Shown piece by piece: positions 47,602-58,200 of a DNA stretch of 64,000 nt (its first letter is position 1; each line of letters begins with the position of its first letter). A program made the translations under genes and the position numbers. The notes under the pieces are model-generated. The model was given only the letters and a program-made list of their open reading frames with translations, did no database searches and had not been told where the DNA came from. The stretch is taken from assembly GCA_964437495.1 (NCBI GenBank), contig CAYTGV010000003.1:17910-81909 (forward strand), read 5' to 3'. This DNA comes from an uncultured Planctomycetia bacterium (GTDB taxonomy: Bacteria; Omnitrophota; Gorgyraeia; B26-G9).

Positions 47602-48615
47602 ATGCTATTATTTGCCTTGTGCAAAGAGGTGAAGAATAACAGAAAATCAAGCAATAGTGAAAATATTGCAGAAAGCAATTATATCGTGAATATGAAAAAA
47701 CCAATGATAATATTTCTAGTCGGACCTACGGCAAGCGGTAAATCAGGTGCGGCAAATGAGCTTGCCAGAGAGATCAATGCGGAGATTGTTTCTGCTGATT
47801 CTATGCAGGTCTATAGAGGTATGGATATTCTAAGCGCAAAGCCGGATATTAAAGAGCAAAAACAAATATCGCATTATCTGATAGATATTTTAGAGCCGTC
47901 TGAAGAATATAGCGCGGCGATCTTTCGCAATAAGGCCTTAAAGTGCATTGAAGATATAATAGCTCGCAAGAAAATACCTCTATTTGTCGGCGGCACAGGC
48001 CTATATGTAAAAGCGCTCACAAAAGGGCTTTTTTCTGATAACGGCAAGGATGAGAAACTGCGCAAGGAGTTAGCACAAGAAGCCAAGCATAAGGGCAATG
48101 CATGTCTTTATGAGAGATTGCAGGCTGTTGATCCAAGGGCCGCAGAAAAAATCCATCCCAATGATATGCGTCGTATTATTCGTGCACTTGAGGTATATGA
48201 GTTAAGTAGTCGGACGATAACAGAGCTTAAAACAGAAATTGAAGGTCTGGATGAAAAATATGAGTTTAAAATATTTGCTATTGAAAGGGAGCGCAGAGAA
48301 CTCTATGGCCGGATTGAATTAAGAGTAGAAAAAATGTTTGAGGCTGGACTGGTCGATGAAGTAAAAAGATTGATAGCTCTGCCCTTAAGCCATACTGCAA
48401 AACAGGCCTTGGGTATAAAACAGATCAGCGCTTATCTGAACAAAGAATGCTCTCTTGATTTTGCCAAAGATCTGCTTAAGCGCGATACCCGGCGTTTTGC
48501 TAAGCGCCAGCTTACATGGTTCAGGGCGGAAAAGGATATTGTCTGGACTCCAGCAGAACCGGAAACTACCCCCCAGGAATTATCTGCAAAAATCCTTTCT
48601 TTCTTGAATCTTTGA
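47602..48615 (+). CDS. miaA: tRNA dimethylallyltransferase MiaA (probable true start at ATG 47692)
   Basis: IFLVGPTASGKSGAANELAREINAEIVSADSMQVYRGMDI P-loop / MiaA signature. Confidence 0.85.
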   Translation: MLLFALCKEVKNNRKSSNSENIAESNYIVNMKKPMIIFLVGPTASGKSGAANELAREINAEIVSADSMQVYRGMDILSAKPDIKEQKQISHYLIDILEPSEEYSAAIFRNKALKCIEDIIARKKIPLFVGGTGLYVKALTKGLFSDNGKDEKLRKELAQEAKHKGNACLYERLQAVDPRAAEKIHPNDMRRIIRALEVYELSSRTITELKTEIEGLDEKYEFKIFAIERERRELYGRIELRVEKMFEAGLVDEVKRLIALPLSHTAKQALGIKQISAYLNKECSLDFAKDLLKRDTRRFAKRQLTWFRAEKDIVWTPAEPETTPQELSAKILSFLNL

Positions 48616-48844
48616 GTGATACTTAATAAAATAACCTAAAAACTTCAACTAAAATACATATCTTTATATTTTTCAGTATGTTATGATCTTTAAAAATTGC
48701 CTGTTTGTTTTGCAAAAACTCCACTCTTATGGTATACTTTAAGTACTTTTATTAACTCTTTAGAAACTGGCAGGAAAATAGTAGCTACACTAGATTGAAT
48801 CTTAAGATTAGATAGAGTTAAAATATTCAGAAAGGGGGCATTGG

Positions 48845-50446
48845 ATGCAAATATTGCATAGGTTTAAGGTGAATACTTGTAGATTGATCGCCATAGTGCT
48901 AGTGTATGCATTTTTATGTCCACAATGGGTTTATGCATTAGATGATGTTAATAGATCAGTAAAAATACAAGTTAGTAGAAATACTTTATCTCCAGAATTA
49001 AGTATTTATGATGCACAAGTACAAGAATTTTTTTCTGTGGGAGATCAAAATAGGCCGTTAGAAGGTAAAAATATTTTATTTACATCTTTTCGTTTTGATT
49101 TCACGCATAATTTAGGCGGAAAATCATCTTTAGATGGAGTTTCTTTGGAAACAATAAAATGGATAAAAATTTTTCGTAAAATGGGGGCACGCATATTTTG
49201 TTATGCAGGTGAAATTATCCCGACAGATTTTGATTTAATTGATGGATTTAAAGTTAATGAAAATGTGCATTTTCGCTCTGATACAATTAACGGATCAGAA
49301 AGAATAGAACAGGTGTTTAAGTTAAACAGAGATATGGATAATGCTTTTAAACGCGGATATCTTAATGATCAGGAGATGAAAAATATAAAAAAGATGCAGC
49401 AGGAAATTGCTGATGATTTACTTAAATATATGAATGAAAATAATATTGATCTGGTTGTCTCTGAAAATTCTAATGCATATCCAGGGAATCTCCCTTTTGC
49501 CTTAGCTCTAAAAGACGCGACAAAAGGAATTAAATTTATCAGTCACGGACATGATTACCCTTGGGAAAGGAAAAAATTTATTATTGCACCAGGAAGTAAC
49601 TTAGATGATCTGCTGAAGAAAATGCTTAACGGAAAAAAGGTAAATACTGCAGTTATTAATACATCACAGAAAAAAGAGTTAGAAAAATTTAATATGGATT
49701 CGATTATTGTACCGAATGTTATGGATTTTGATAATCCACCGGTTATTGATAAAGAAAAATTGACTGCATTCAGAAAGCATTTTTCGCTTGATCCGGAAAA
49801 AGATGTTTTAGTTTTATTACCGGTAAGGCCGATTCAAAGAAAAAATATCGATACATCTCTAGAATTGGTAAAACTGATTATGAAACAGGCAAAACAAAGA
49901 ATGCCGGGCAAAAATATTAAAGTCATGGTTACGCATCCCTCTGGTGATGAAGATCCGGAATATTGGCAGAATTTAAAACAAAAAGCGCGGGAGGAGGGGA
50001 TTGAACTCTTAGACGTTGGAGATCCAAAAGATCAAGGCCAGGGAGCAGAAATTTTTGAATTAAGCATAGCTTATGCAGCTTGTGATATTACTTTTTTCTT
50101 AAGTACATTGGAAGGATGGGGGAACGGTTTAATTGAATCTTTTTATTATAAAAAGCCAATAGTTGTGTACCCGTATTATGTATATATGACCGATATAAAA
50201 AAAGTTGGACCTGATTGCATTGAAGTCGAAAAAGCTACAGAGGCCAAAGCTGCGCAGATTATTGATTTGTTGCTAGATAAGGAAAAAATTAAAAAAGTAG
50301 TTGATTACAATTATGAAGTTGGACAGAAGTTTTTTTCCTTTAGAATTTTAAGGGAAAAATTGCTACCTTTTATAAAAGAGGTGATTTCTGTAAAAAATAA
50401 TAATAGTTTAGAGGAGAGGTCTTTTATCATTGATAGAGCTATTTAA
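48845..50446 (+). CDS. glycosyltransferase-like protein (GT-B fold, GT4-like C-terminal domain)
   Basis: C-terminal EGWGNGLIESFYYKKPIVVYP resembles GT-B E(x7)E donor-binding motif; N-terminal half unassigned. Confidence 0.4.
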   Translation: MQILHRFKVNTCRLIAIVLVYAFLCPQWVYALDDVNRSVKIQVSRNTLSPELSIYDAQVQEFFSVGDQNRPLEGKNILFTSFRFDFTHNLGGKSSLDGVSLETIKWIKIFRKMGARIFCYAGEIIPTDFDLIDGFKVNENVHFRSDTINGSERIEQVFKLNRDMDNAFKRGYLNDQEMKNIKKMQQEIADDLLKYMNENNIDLVVSENSNAYPGNLPFALALKDATKGIKFISHGHDYPWERKKFIIAPGSNLDDLLKKMLNGKKVNTAVINTSQKKELEKFNMDSIIVPNVMDFDNPPVIDKEKLTAFRKHFSLDPEKDVLVLLPVRPIQRKNIDTSLELVKLIMKQAKQRMPGKNIKVMVTHPSGDEDPEYWQNLKQKAREEGIELLDVGDPKDQGQGAEIFELSIAYAACDITFFLSTLEGWGNGLIESFYYKKPIVVYPYYVYMTDIKKVGPDCIEVEKATEAKAAQIIDLLLDKEKIKKVVDYNYEVGQKFFSFRILREKLLPFIKEVISVKNNNSLEERSFIIDRAI

Positions 50447-50560
50447 ATGATTGAAATAGTTTGTTAAGGCCAGTTTTAGAAAATATAATGAAATATTTAT
50501 AAATAATTTCTGAAATTGGTTTTTTTATATAATTAGATAATTAAGAGTGATGGAAAAGTT

Positions 50561-52660
50561 ATGAAAAAGTTAAAAATTAAAACATTAAAAATTAGATTAA
50601 TTGCGTTGGTAATTGCTCAAATTCTATTTGTCAGTAATGTGAGTTTTGCGGATATTAGTAGGCAAGAAGCAGATGCCGCAATTTTTACTCTTTCTCCTAA
50701 AATTGTAGTTGGAAATATTGTCGATAGAATTATGTTGAGGGCTCGAGTGCTTGAAGCAAATATAGATACGGATTCAATTAAAAACATTAAATTCCAATTA
50801 GAGCAAGTTAAAAATAAAAAAGGAGTTTTGAAAGAAGAAGAATTGCAGGCAATATTTAGTAATCGAAAGAATGTTGTCGGGCGCTTGGCTGCGGCAATAG
50901 AAAAAGGGAAAAAATCTCATGAGGATATTACGCTTATTTTATACGTGATTGTCGATAACATGAAAACACTTGATAATTTACCATTATTTATTGCGACGGA
51001 ACTCAGACGTAATGAGCCGATAAAACAGAGGCGTAAGCAGGGAAAACTGGCTGGGCCGGATTTTGAATCGCTAAAAATAATTTACGATTTTTTTAAATTT
51101 GCAGTAATGTTTGAAGAGTGTCATGAATTATTGGAGATTAGGACAGAAATCATCAATAAATTACATGCTTATATTGATTTACATTTAACGGCGAATATTA
51201 AAAATTTAGATGAATTAGTAAATAAGTTTGATGAGCTTTATTTTTCTTGGCAGGATGAAGTAAAAGTTATAGAAGTTTTTAATAATAAACTATTAGATTT
51301 AATATTACAATGGGGGAAATTTACTTCGCATGCTGAGAAAATGTTTTATCAAGAAGAATCGCGTTTAAGTATTAATAAAGCACGCAGTAGGCGTTATTAT
51401 GTTAAATCGCGTGATAATAATTTACGAGAGGCTTTAAAAGCTATATATTGTGTTTTTCCAAGTACAAATTTATTAAAAATGTTTTTATATAGATTGCAAA
51501 ATAAAAACATAGAAGGGGAAAGTTTAGAAGAATGGCTAAAAGAATTTGATTGGAAAATGTTAGAAGTTTTAATGGATATATTTTATTGGAGAGAGTTAGA
51601 AAATGGACAAAAATATCAATGGCAGAGTGATTTCAAGGATGAGTTATTTTCATTGTTTGAGCAGGAAAAATTAAGGACGACAATTGTATTGTTAAAAATT
51701 GCTACTACGAGTGAGAATAAAGATATAGAAAATAGATTAATGCATCTTTGGGATGATTACAAAATTATTGAAAGAATTCTTGAAGTTTTTAGAAAACGGA
51801 TAACTAATGAGAACGCAGTAAATAGCTTTAGCCGTAGGCGTGAACGTATATTAAACAAAATTGTCTTACGAGAAGATTGGGCTAGGCAAGAAGCTGAGAA
51901 AAAAGAAAATGTAGTTTTGGAAAATATATCTCCTGTATCTTCAGTTTCTAAAGATTCTAACGTGATCGGACAAAAAGAGCAAACAGGAGAAAATATTAGA
52001 CCGGTGCTAAGGGCAACAGTGTCTAAATTAACGTATTCTGAGAAGCTTAAGCAAGCAGTGGATATCTTTGTGAAAGATTGTGTGCAAAATGAACGTCTAG
52101 ATGTTATTGATTTGTTTTCTTTTGATTTTGATAAATTTATTTGGGGTAAGAATAAATGTGATGCAGCAATTATTCCCGCCAAACTTACAGATGATCAAAT
52201 CATTCAGGTTCTACAACATACTAAAGTTAACGGGATAATTTGGATTTTAAACGGAAGAACTACGAATAATCAAAAGCATAAAGATAGAGTTGTAACGTTG
52301 GGTGCAGATTTAGGGATGAGGATTAATAAAACGAGAAATCATGGGTTTAGCGGTATTATTTGTACGGTTAGGAAGCAAAGAGTATTAGAGGACGATAAAG
52401 ATGAAATTATTGAGATGACAGAGATCACCTTAGACGTACAAAGTCTAGATACTCAAAATGCTCAAGATAATCCGGGTAATGCTACTATAATTAGGAAAAA
52501 AAGTAAAGATGAAGTGGGAATGAAATTTGCTTTACGCCGATGGGTAAGTGATGTAGTGAGAAAAAATCCGATTGTCAGTAAAATCTTAAACACGATTAAT
52601 GCAGTTAGTATTGGTAAACAAAAATTAGGTTTAGAAAACAGAATAGAGCAAGCGATATAA
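50561..52660 (+). CDS. large secreted hypothetical protein (699 aa) with signal peptide
   Basis: N-terminal KKLKIKTLKIRLIALVIAQILFVSNVSFA signal; helical, no known motif. Confidence 0.35.
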   Translation: MKKLKIKTLKIRLIALVIAQILFVSNVSFADISRQEADAAIFTLSPKIVVGNIVDRIMLRARVLEANIDTDSIKNIKFQLEQVKNKKGVLKEEELQAIFSNRKNVVGRLAAAIEKGKKSHEDITLILYVIVDNMKTLDNLPLFIATELRRNEPIKQRRKQGKLAGPDFESLKIIYDFFKFAVMFEECHELLEIRTEIINKLHAYIDLHLTANIKNLDELVNKFDELYFSWQDEVKVIEVFNNKLLDLILQWGKFTSHAEKMFYQEESRLSINKARSRRYYVKSRDNNLREALKAIYCVFPSTNLLKMFLYRLQNKNIEGESLEEWLKEFDWKMLEVLMDIFYWRELENGQKYQWQSDFKDELFSLFEQEKLRTTIVLLKIATTSENKDIENRLMHLWDDYKIIERILEVFRKRITNENAVNSFSRRRERILNKIVLREDWARQEAEKKENVVLENISPVSSVSKDSNVIGQKEQTGENIRPVLRATVSKLTYSEKLKQAVDIFVKDCVQNERLDVIDLFSFDFDKFIWGKNKCDAAIIPAKLTDDQIIQVLQHTKVNGIIWILNGRTTNNQKHKDRVVTLGADLGMRINKTRNHGFSGIICTVRKQRVLEDDKDEIIEMTEITLDVQSLDTQNAQDNPGNATIIRKKSKDEVGMKFALRRWVSDVVRKNPIVSKILNTINAVSIGKQKLGLENRIEQAI

Positions 52661-53394
52661 AATGCAGGGTCATGGTTGATGTGGCAGCTTGCTTTTAGGA
52701 AAAGAAAGTTTATTAAAATGAAAAAATTATTAAGACCACATAGAAATATTCCTAAGCAAATGGTTGTGTTGAGCAGATTAGAAAAAGCGCAGCAGCAATT
52801 AATTTGCAGAATAAGAGCATGAGAGCCTGGGGGCTTGGTTTATTATATGATTTGCATTTTTTTATCTGGGAATATGAAAAACCAGGTAGAATAATAAGCA
52901 TTGATAAATTATTTGATAAAATTCACGTAGGGATTGAAGAATTAGCCGGTTGAAAAATAAAAAAACTTAATACAAAGCAAAAACTGAAAGATGAATTTAG
53001 CCTGGTTGCACAGGAAATTTTGGCAGGAGTTCCGTTTTTTATAAGCGGCAGATGCAATTGCCTTGGAATTTAGAAGGTTAAACGGAAGAGATATGCATAT
53101 TTACTATTAAAACGTGAGGCTCCAGTATATAAATAAAATAGGGAGTTCGATTTAAGGGAAGGAGTGTAAATAATGAAATATAAGATGTTATGTAAAATAA
53201 CATTTTTTTAATGCAGACACTACTTTTGGTCAATGTAGCCATGGCCGCCACGGTTTTGCCTATGCGTATAAAAATATGCTCCAGTTGACTAAGTAAAGTC
53301 ATTTGTCTGCCTAAATTGGGATAGGGTTGAAATCATTGAGTATTCCATATGATAATCATTAGACTAATAGTATTAGCTATTTTACAGAAGAGCG

Positions 53395-54294
53395 TTAACA
53401 CGGATTATTTTTTTGTAAAAATTTAAAGATTATATCAGAGATACTGCCGATCTTAGAAATTGTTAGTTGTTCTCCCCGAATAGAAGGATCAATATCAAGA
53501 TCAAGTAGCATGGCAAGTATCTCTTTTTTATCTAATTGCCATCCTGCATTTGATAATCCGTTTAGCAGTGTTTTTCTTCTCTGCAAGAAAATAGCCTTAA
53601 CAACCTGAAAAAACATTTTTTCATCTACAACAAAAATAGATGGTTTTTCAAGAATCTCTAATTTGACAAGCGCTGAATCGACTTCCGGACTTGGCATGAA
53701 AAAATTTCTGGGGAATATCTCTATCAATTCCGTTTTTGTATAGTATTGCAAAAGACAGGAAAGCCTTCCGTAATCTTTGTTTCCCGGGCTGGCCACAATA
53801 CGTCGGGCTACTTCTTTTTGTACGGTTATGCAAATGCTGTCAATATACTTTTTTTGGTCTATAAGGTGCAGAAGTATGGGGGAAGTAATATAGTAGGGCA
53901 AATTGCCGATAACTTTTATTTTCTTGCCATTAAATATGTTTTTCAGGTCAAATTTAAGAATGTCAGATATGATGATTGTGGTGTTACTGAATCCGGACAG
54001 CTCTTTATTCAATGTCTTTTTCAAAAATCTGTCTTTTTCCAGCGCATAAAATTCACCGGCAAGAGGGGCGATAAGGCAACTCAAATTTCCAATGCCTGAG
54101 CCTATCTCAAGCACGCAATCTGATGTGTTTAGATTTGCCGTACTGGTAATTAATTCAAGCGCTTGAATATTAATTAAGAAATTCTGCCCAAACCTTTTTT
54201 TTGCGCGGATATGATTTTCACTAAGAATGTTCTTTATGCGGGACATAAACTCTTTTTTTTCTGCGCTTTCGAGGCTTATTGGAGGCCATTTCAA
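53395..54294 (-). CDS. rsmA: 16S rRNA (adenine1518/1519-N6)-dimethyltransferase RsmA/KsgA (likely start at 54246)
   Basis: KKRFGQNFLIN and LEIGSGIGNLS SAM-binding motifs. Confidence 0.8.
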   Translation of the reverse strand: MKWPPISLESAEKKEFMSRIKNILSENHIRAKKRFGQNFLINIQALELITSTANLNTSDCVLEIGSGIGNLSCLIAPLAGEFYALEKDRFLKKTLNKELSGFSNTTIIISDILKFDLKNIFNGKKIKVIGNLPYYITSPILLHLIDQKKYIDSICITVQKEVARRIVASPGNKDYGRLSCLLQYYTKTELIEIFPRNFFMPSPEVDSALVKLEILEKPSIFVVDEKMFFQVVKAIFLQRRKTLLNGLSNAGWQLDKKEILAMLLDLDIDPSIRGEQLTISKIGSISDIIFKFLQKNNPC

Positions 54295-55279
54295 CTGCTA
54301 GTTTTATAGCTTCTTTCATCGCGGTTGGATTGGCTTTATTTTTACCGGCAATATCAAAAGCAGTGCCATGGTCAGGGGATGTGCGGATAAAAGGCAATCC
54401 TAAAGTAGTGTTTACGCCCTTGTCAAAGTATAATGTTTTAAATGGGATGCAGGCTTGATCATGGTACATGGCAATAATTGCGTCATATTCGCCCTGCCTG
54501 GCTTTCCAGAAAAGACTGTCCGCAGGAAAAGGTCCTTCCACTTTTATTTTTTGAGCACGGGCTTTTTTAATAGCCGGGATAATATGATCTTTTTCTTCCG
54601 AGCCGAATAATCCGTCTTCACTTGCGTGCGGGTTTAAACCGCAGACTGCAATACGTGGCTTTTTCATGTTGAAATATACGTTCATTGTTCTTTGAACCGC
54701 AAAAATTGTATCCTGAACCTCTTTTTTTGTGATCTGGTCAGGAACGTTTCTCAGGGGTATATGTATAGTTACAAGGATAACCTTCATCTTATCAGCGGAA
54801 AACATCATGCGTACATAACGGGATTTAAAACGTTGCGCCAGTATTTGTGTATGTCCTTGAAATTTGAAGCCGGCCAGGTTAAGAGATTCTTTGTTTATCG
54901 GAGCCGTTACTAGTGCGTCAAGTGAGTTGCGGGATCGAAGCAACAGACATGCCATATTGATATATTCATAGGCTGCCTTACCGCAGCGTGCGTCTATTTT
55001 TCCATATGGAATCGTATATGTAACATTACCCAAATTTATGAAGTTTATTAGTTCTTCGCTTAGTCTCAGCCTTCCGATATCTCCGAGTATATGATAATTA
55101 ATTGCCTTTTTCCCCAGCATTCTTTGTGTCTGCATAGCTACGCCATAATCACCGATAAGCAGAAAAGAAGCAGACTCTCTGATCTTTTTATCGTTAAGTG
55201 CTTTTAATGTTATTTCTGTTCCGATCCCTGCCGGATCACCTAAAGTAATTCCGATTTTAACCTTATTTTTTATTTTCAT
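54221..55279 (-). CDS. pdxA: 4-hydroxythreonine-4-phosphate dehydrogenase PdxA
   Basis: IGITLGDPAGIGTEI N-terminal and HGTAFDIAGK C-terminal PdxA signatures; Lys/Arg-rich C-terminal tail overlapping rsmA start. Confidence 0.85.
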   Translation of the reverse strand: MKIKNKVKIGITLGDPAGIGTEITLKALNDKKIRESASFLLIGDYGVAMQTQRMLGKKAINYHILGDIGRLRLSEELINFINLGNVTYTIPYGKIDARCGKAAYEYINMACLLLRSRNSLDALVTAPINKESLNLAGFKFQGHTQILAQRFKSRYVRMMFSADKMKVILVTIHIPLRNVPDQITKKEVQDTIFAVQRTMNVYFNMKKPRIAVCGLNPHASEDGLFGSEEKDHIIPAIKKARAQKIKVEGPFPADSLFWKARQGEYDAIIAMYHDQACIPFKTLYFDKGVNTTLGLPFIRTSPDHGTAFDIAGKNKANPTAMKEAIKLAVEMASNKPRKRRKKRVYVPHKEHS

Positions 55280-56243
55280 TTTTCTTTACCTCAATAAGAG
55301 CAGATTCTTTTAGTTTATTTATCCATTCATCAAGTTTTTTCTCTACTTCTTGGCCGAAAAGCTTATTGCGTATTTGCTCCTGAACGGTTTCCAGCGTCGG
55401 GATTACAGCTTCTTTTTTGCCGATAACTTTAAATAAATAATAACCATTTGATGTTTTTAATGGCCTTGTAATCGCTCCGACTTCAAGCTCAAAAACTATA
55501 TCTTCGATTTCTTTCCGAAAAGATCCCCGCTTAATATAACCCATGTCTCCGGAATCAACAACATTAGGAGCTTCGCTGTATTTTTCTACAAGTTCGATAA
55601 ATTTTGTTCCTTTTTGCAGCTCCTCATATATGCTGTTTGCTTTTTGCTCTATTTCTTCTGTATTGCCATTTATGCTAAGGAATATACTTCTCAATCGTAT
55701 CTGTTTTGGTGTTGTGAAATCTTTTTTGTGTTTTTCGTAAAACTCTGCTATCTCAACAGGGGAGACGACCATTTTGGAGATAACTTCGCGGCCTACGGCC
55801 AATTTAATTAAAAGCTGTTCTTCGTAGCGTTTTCTAAGATCAGGCAAAGTTACGTTTTGTGTATTTAGTATCTTGTCGAATTCTTCTAATGTTTTGAATT
55901 TTGCTTTTAGTTCGTTGATAAGCTTGTCAACTTCTTTGGGATCTACGCTTAGCTCTTTTCTTTTTGCTTCCTGCAGGATGAGCTTGTCTCCGATTAACTG
56001 ATCAAGAGTATCCGCCCGGGCAATGTCCAGTTTTTTTTCAAGTTCTTTGCCTGAGTATGTGTTTTTATACTGCTGATATATGGGGGCAAGGATTTCATCA
56101 ATGTCTATTTCAGTGATTGGTTCTCCATTAACTACGGCAAGAATTTTTTGTGTATAGCTGACTTGCTCTTCTTTGGCAATAGCAGCAGAGCATATCGATA
56201 AACATATAATAATGGCGATTAGGAAAGTAGAGGTATAGTTCAT
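55263..56243 (-). CDS. surA: SurA-like periplasmic chaperone / parvulin-type peptidyl-prolyl isomerase
   Basis: Signal peptide; ILAVVNGEPITEIDIDE SurA N-domain; parvulin core (GDMGYIKRGSF ... ); conserved surA-pdxA-rsmA order. Confidence 0.7.
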   Translation of the reverse strand: MNYTSTFLIAIIICLSICSAAIAKEEQVSYTQKILAVVNGEPITEIDIDEILAPIYQQYKNTYSGKELEKKLDIARADTLDQLIGDKLILQEAKRKELSVDPKEVDKLINELKAKFKTLEEFDKILNTQNVTLPDLRKRYEEQLLIKLAVGREVISKMVVSPVEIAEFYEKHKKDFTTPKQIRLRSIFLSINGNTEEIEQKANSIYEELQKGTKFIELVEKYSEAPNVVDSGDMGYIKRGSFRKEIEDIVFELEVGAITRPLKTSNGYYLFKVIGKKEAVIPTLETVQEQIRNKLFGQEVEKKLDEWINKLKESALIEVKKNENKK

Positions 56244-56329
56244 TTATATTATTCCTTTAAGAAAATTAACTTGTATAAAATATAAGTATAACATACAAAT
56301 GAGCAGAATTCAATAGAGAAATGCGTGGA

Positions 56330-58192
56330 TTAGATGGTTTTTTTTAGGCTTTCAATCGCCTGATTAAGCAGCTGGCAGTATAGGTCAAAGCCTACGGCCA
56401 TGATAAAACCGTGCTGCTGTTCGCCCAGTAGATTTCCGGCACCGCGTATTTCCAGATCTTCCATGGCGATCTTGAAGCCTGAGCCCAAGGCAGTAAACCT
56501 GCGGATTGATTTCAGACGGCGCTTTGCGTCAGGGTTAAAGGTGGCATGCTTGGGAGTAAGAAAATAGGAATAGGCCTGTTTGTCCAGCCTGCCGACCCGT
56601 CCGCGCAGCTGATACAGGTCAGCCAGTCCGAAATTCTGTGCATTATTGACGATTAGGGTATTAGCATTGGGTATGTCCAGACCTGACTCGACAATGGTTG
56701 TAGATAGGAGGATATCTATTCTATGCTCGATGAAATCGATCATTACCTTTTCCAGGTCTTTTTCATGCATGCGTCCGTGCCCGATGGCAATATTGGCTTC
56801 AGGAACAAGAGCGCTGATACGCTCATATATGGTTTCAATGTCTTTGATCCTGTTATGTATGAAAAATACCTGTCCATTGCGTTCGAGCTCGGTATTGATC
56901 GCGTTTTTCAGCAGTTCATCGTCAAAAACGCAGACAAAAGTCTCAATAGGCATGCGCATTTGAGGCGGAGTATTGATGGTTGACATATCCTTGACTCCCA
57001 ATAAAGCCATGTACAGTGTGCGAGGTATGGGCGTTGCAGTTAAGGTCAATACATCCACAAGCTCTCTGATATGTTTGAGTTTTTCTTTGGCCTTAACGCC
57101 AAAGCGCTGTTCTTCATCTATGACAACAAGCCCAAGATTATTAAAGAGTACATCTTCAGAAAGAAGCCTGTGCGTGCCAATTACAATATCTACTTTTCCA
57201 TTCTTAAGTTTCTCAATTATCTTGTCTTGTTCAGAGGCGGTTTTAAAGCGGCTGAGCATTTCAACAACAACCGGGAAATCTTTAACGCGTTCTTTTAAAT
57301 TATGATAATGTTGTTCAGCCAGGATGGTTGTAGGCACAAGCATTGCTACCTGCTTATTATCCATTACCGCTTTAAATGCAACCCTGAATGCAACCTCTGT
57401 TTTGCCATAACCCACATCACCACAGAGCAGTCTGTCCATAGGCCGGGCAGTTTCCATATCCTTTTTTGCATCAAGTGAGGCTGTTTTCTGGTCCGGAGTT
57501 TCTTTATACTGAAAGCTTTTTTCAAAATTCCTTTGCCATTGCGTATCAGAAGAAAAGGCAAAGCCGGAGAGTGAATTTCTTTTCGCCTGAATTCCTAGAA
57601 GATCCAAAGCAAAACTGGTAATGCCTTGTTTTGTCTTTGTCTTTGTGTTTTGCCATGTTTTTCCGCCGAGCTTATGCAGTCGCGGTGTATGGCCGGAAAA
57701 GCCGATATATTTTTGCAAAAGATTTTTCTGCTCGATCGGTACATAAAGCAGATCTCTGTCTGCATATTCGATTTTGATATGCTTTTTTTTCTTGATGCTG
57801 GTTATGCCAAGATATTTTCCAATGCCGTGGTCCAAATGCACGATAAAGTCATTTTTTTCAAGCTCTTCAAACTTATTAATAGAAAGGCGTTCTATTTTTA
57901 AATTTGACGGCGCCAGGCCCAAAGGCAGGATTATCAACGGGTTTTGATTTGATATCTTTTTCCCGGTTTCTCGTGAGAAAGTAAACAGTTTTTCGATTTT
58001 ATCAAAATCTATTTCAATGCGTACAGGGCTTTCATAATTTATCGCATAGATATCAATGACATCGCCGCGTTGTGCAAATTCGCCTTTTTCGCCGATTGCC
58101 TCCACTGCTTGATATCCAAAATCAACAAGCTGCTTTAATGTCTTATCAATGTTTATATATTGACTGGGGTAGAATTTTAAGGTTCTAAACAT
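56330..58192 (-). CDS. mfd: Mfd/TRCF-like SF2 helicase, short form (620 aa) lacking UvrB-homology N-terminal domains
   Basis: LLCGDVGYGKTEVA Walker A, DEEQRFGV, QLRGRVGR motif VI, partial C-terminal TRCF region (DLEIRGAGNLLGEQQHG). Confidence 0.7.
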   Translation of the reverse strand: MFRTLKFYPSQYINIDKTLKQLVDFGYQAVEAIGEKGEFAQRGDVIDIYAINYESPVRIEIDFDKIEKLFTFSRETGKKISNQNPLIILPLGLAPSNLKIERLSINKFEELEKNDFIVHLDHGIGKYLGITSIKKKKHIKIEYADRDLLYVPIEQKNLLQKYIGFSGHTPRLHKLGGKTWQNTKTKTKQGITSFALDLLGIQAKRNSLSGFAFSSDTQWQRNFEKSFQYKETPDQKTASLDAKKDMETARPMDRLLCGDVGYGKTEVAFRVAFKAVMDNKQVAMLVPTTILAEQHYHNLKERVKDFPVVVEMLSRFKTASEQDKIIEKLKNGKVDIVIGTHRLLSEDVLFNNLGLVVIDEEQRFGVKAKEKLKHIRELVDVLTLTATPIPRTLYMALLGVKDMSTINTPPQMRMPIETFVCVFDDELLKNAINTELERNGQVFFIHNRIKDIETIYERISALVPEANIAIGHGRMHEKDLEKVMIDFIEHRIDILLSTTIVESGLDIPNANTLIVNNAQNFGLADLYQLRGRVGRLDKQAYSYFLTPKHATFNPDAKRRLKSIRRFTALGSGFKIAMEDLEIRGAGNLLGEQQHGFIMAVGFDLYCQLLNQAIESLKKTI

Positions 58193-58200
58193 AAAAGTAA

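Noticed and set aside
52661-53394. Small ORFs in the 730-bp gap before rsmA (e.g. 53078-53302 minus; short + strand peptides at about 52718 and 52820)
   Set aside because: No RBS, no recognisable motifs; look like degraded remnants or random ORFs in AT-rich DNA. Could not support as genes.
54221-54294. Lys/Arg-rich C-terminal tail of PdxA (NKPRKRRKKRVYVPHKEHS) as a possible nucleic-acid-binding extension
   Set aside because: It arises where pdxA overlaps the rsmA 5' region in another frame; most likely a consequence of gene overlap rather than a functional domain.
57634-57660. ttgtctttgtctttgtgtttt repeat inside mfd
   Set aside because: Short in-frame repeat encoding KTKTKQ in a Lys-rich linker; too small to interpret beyond ordinary low-complexity sequence.
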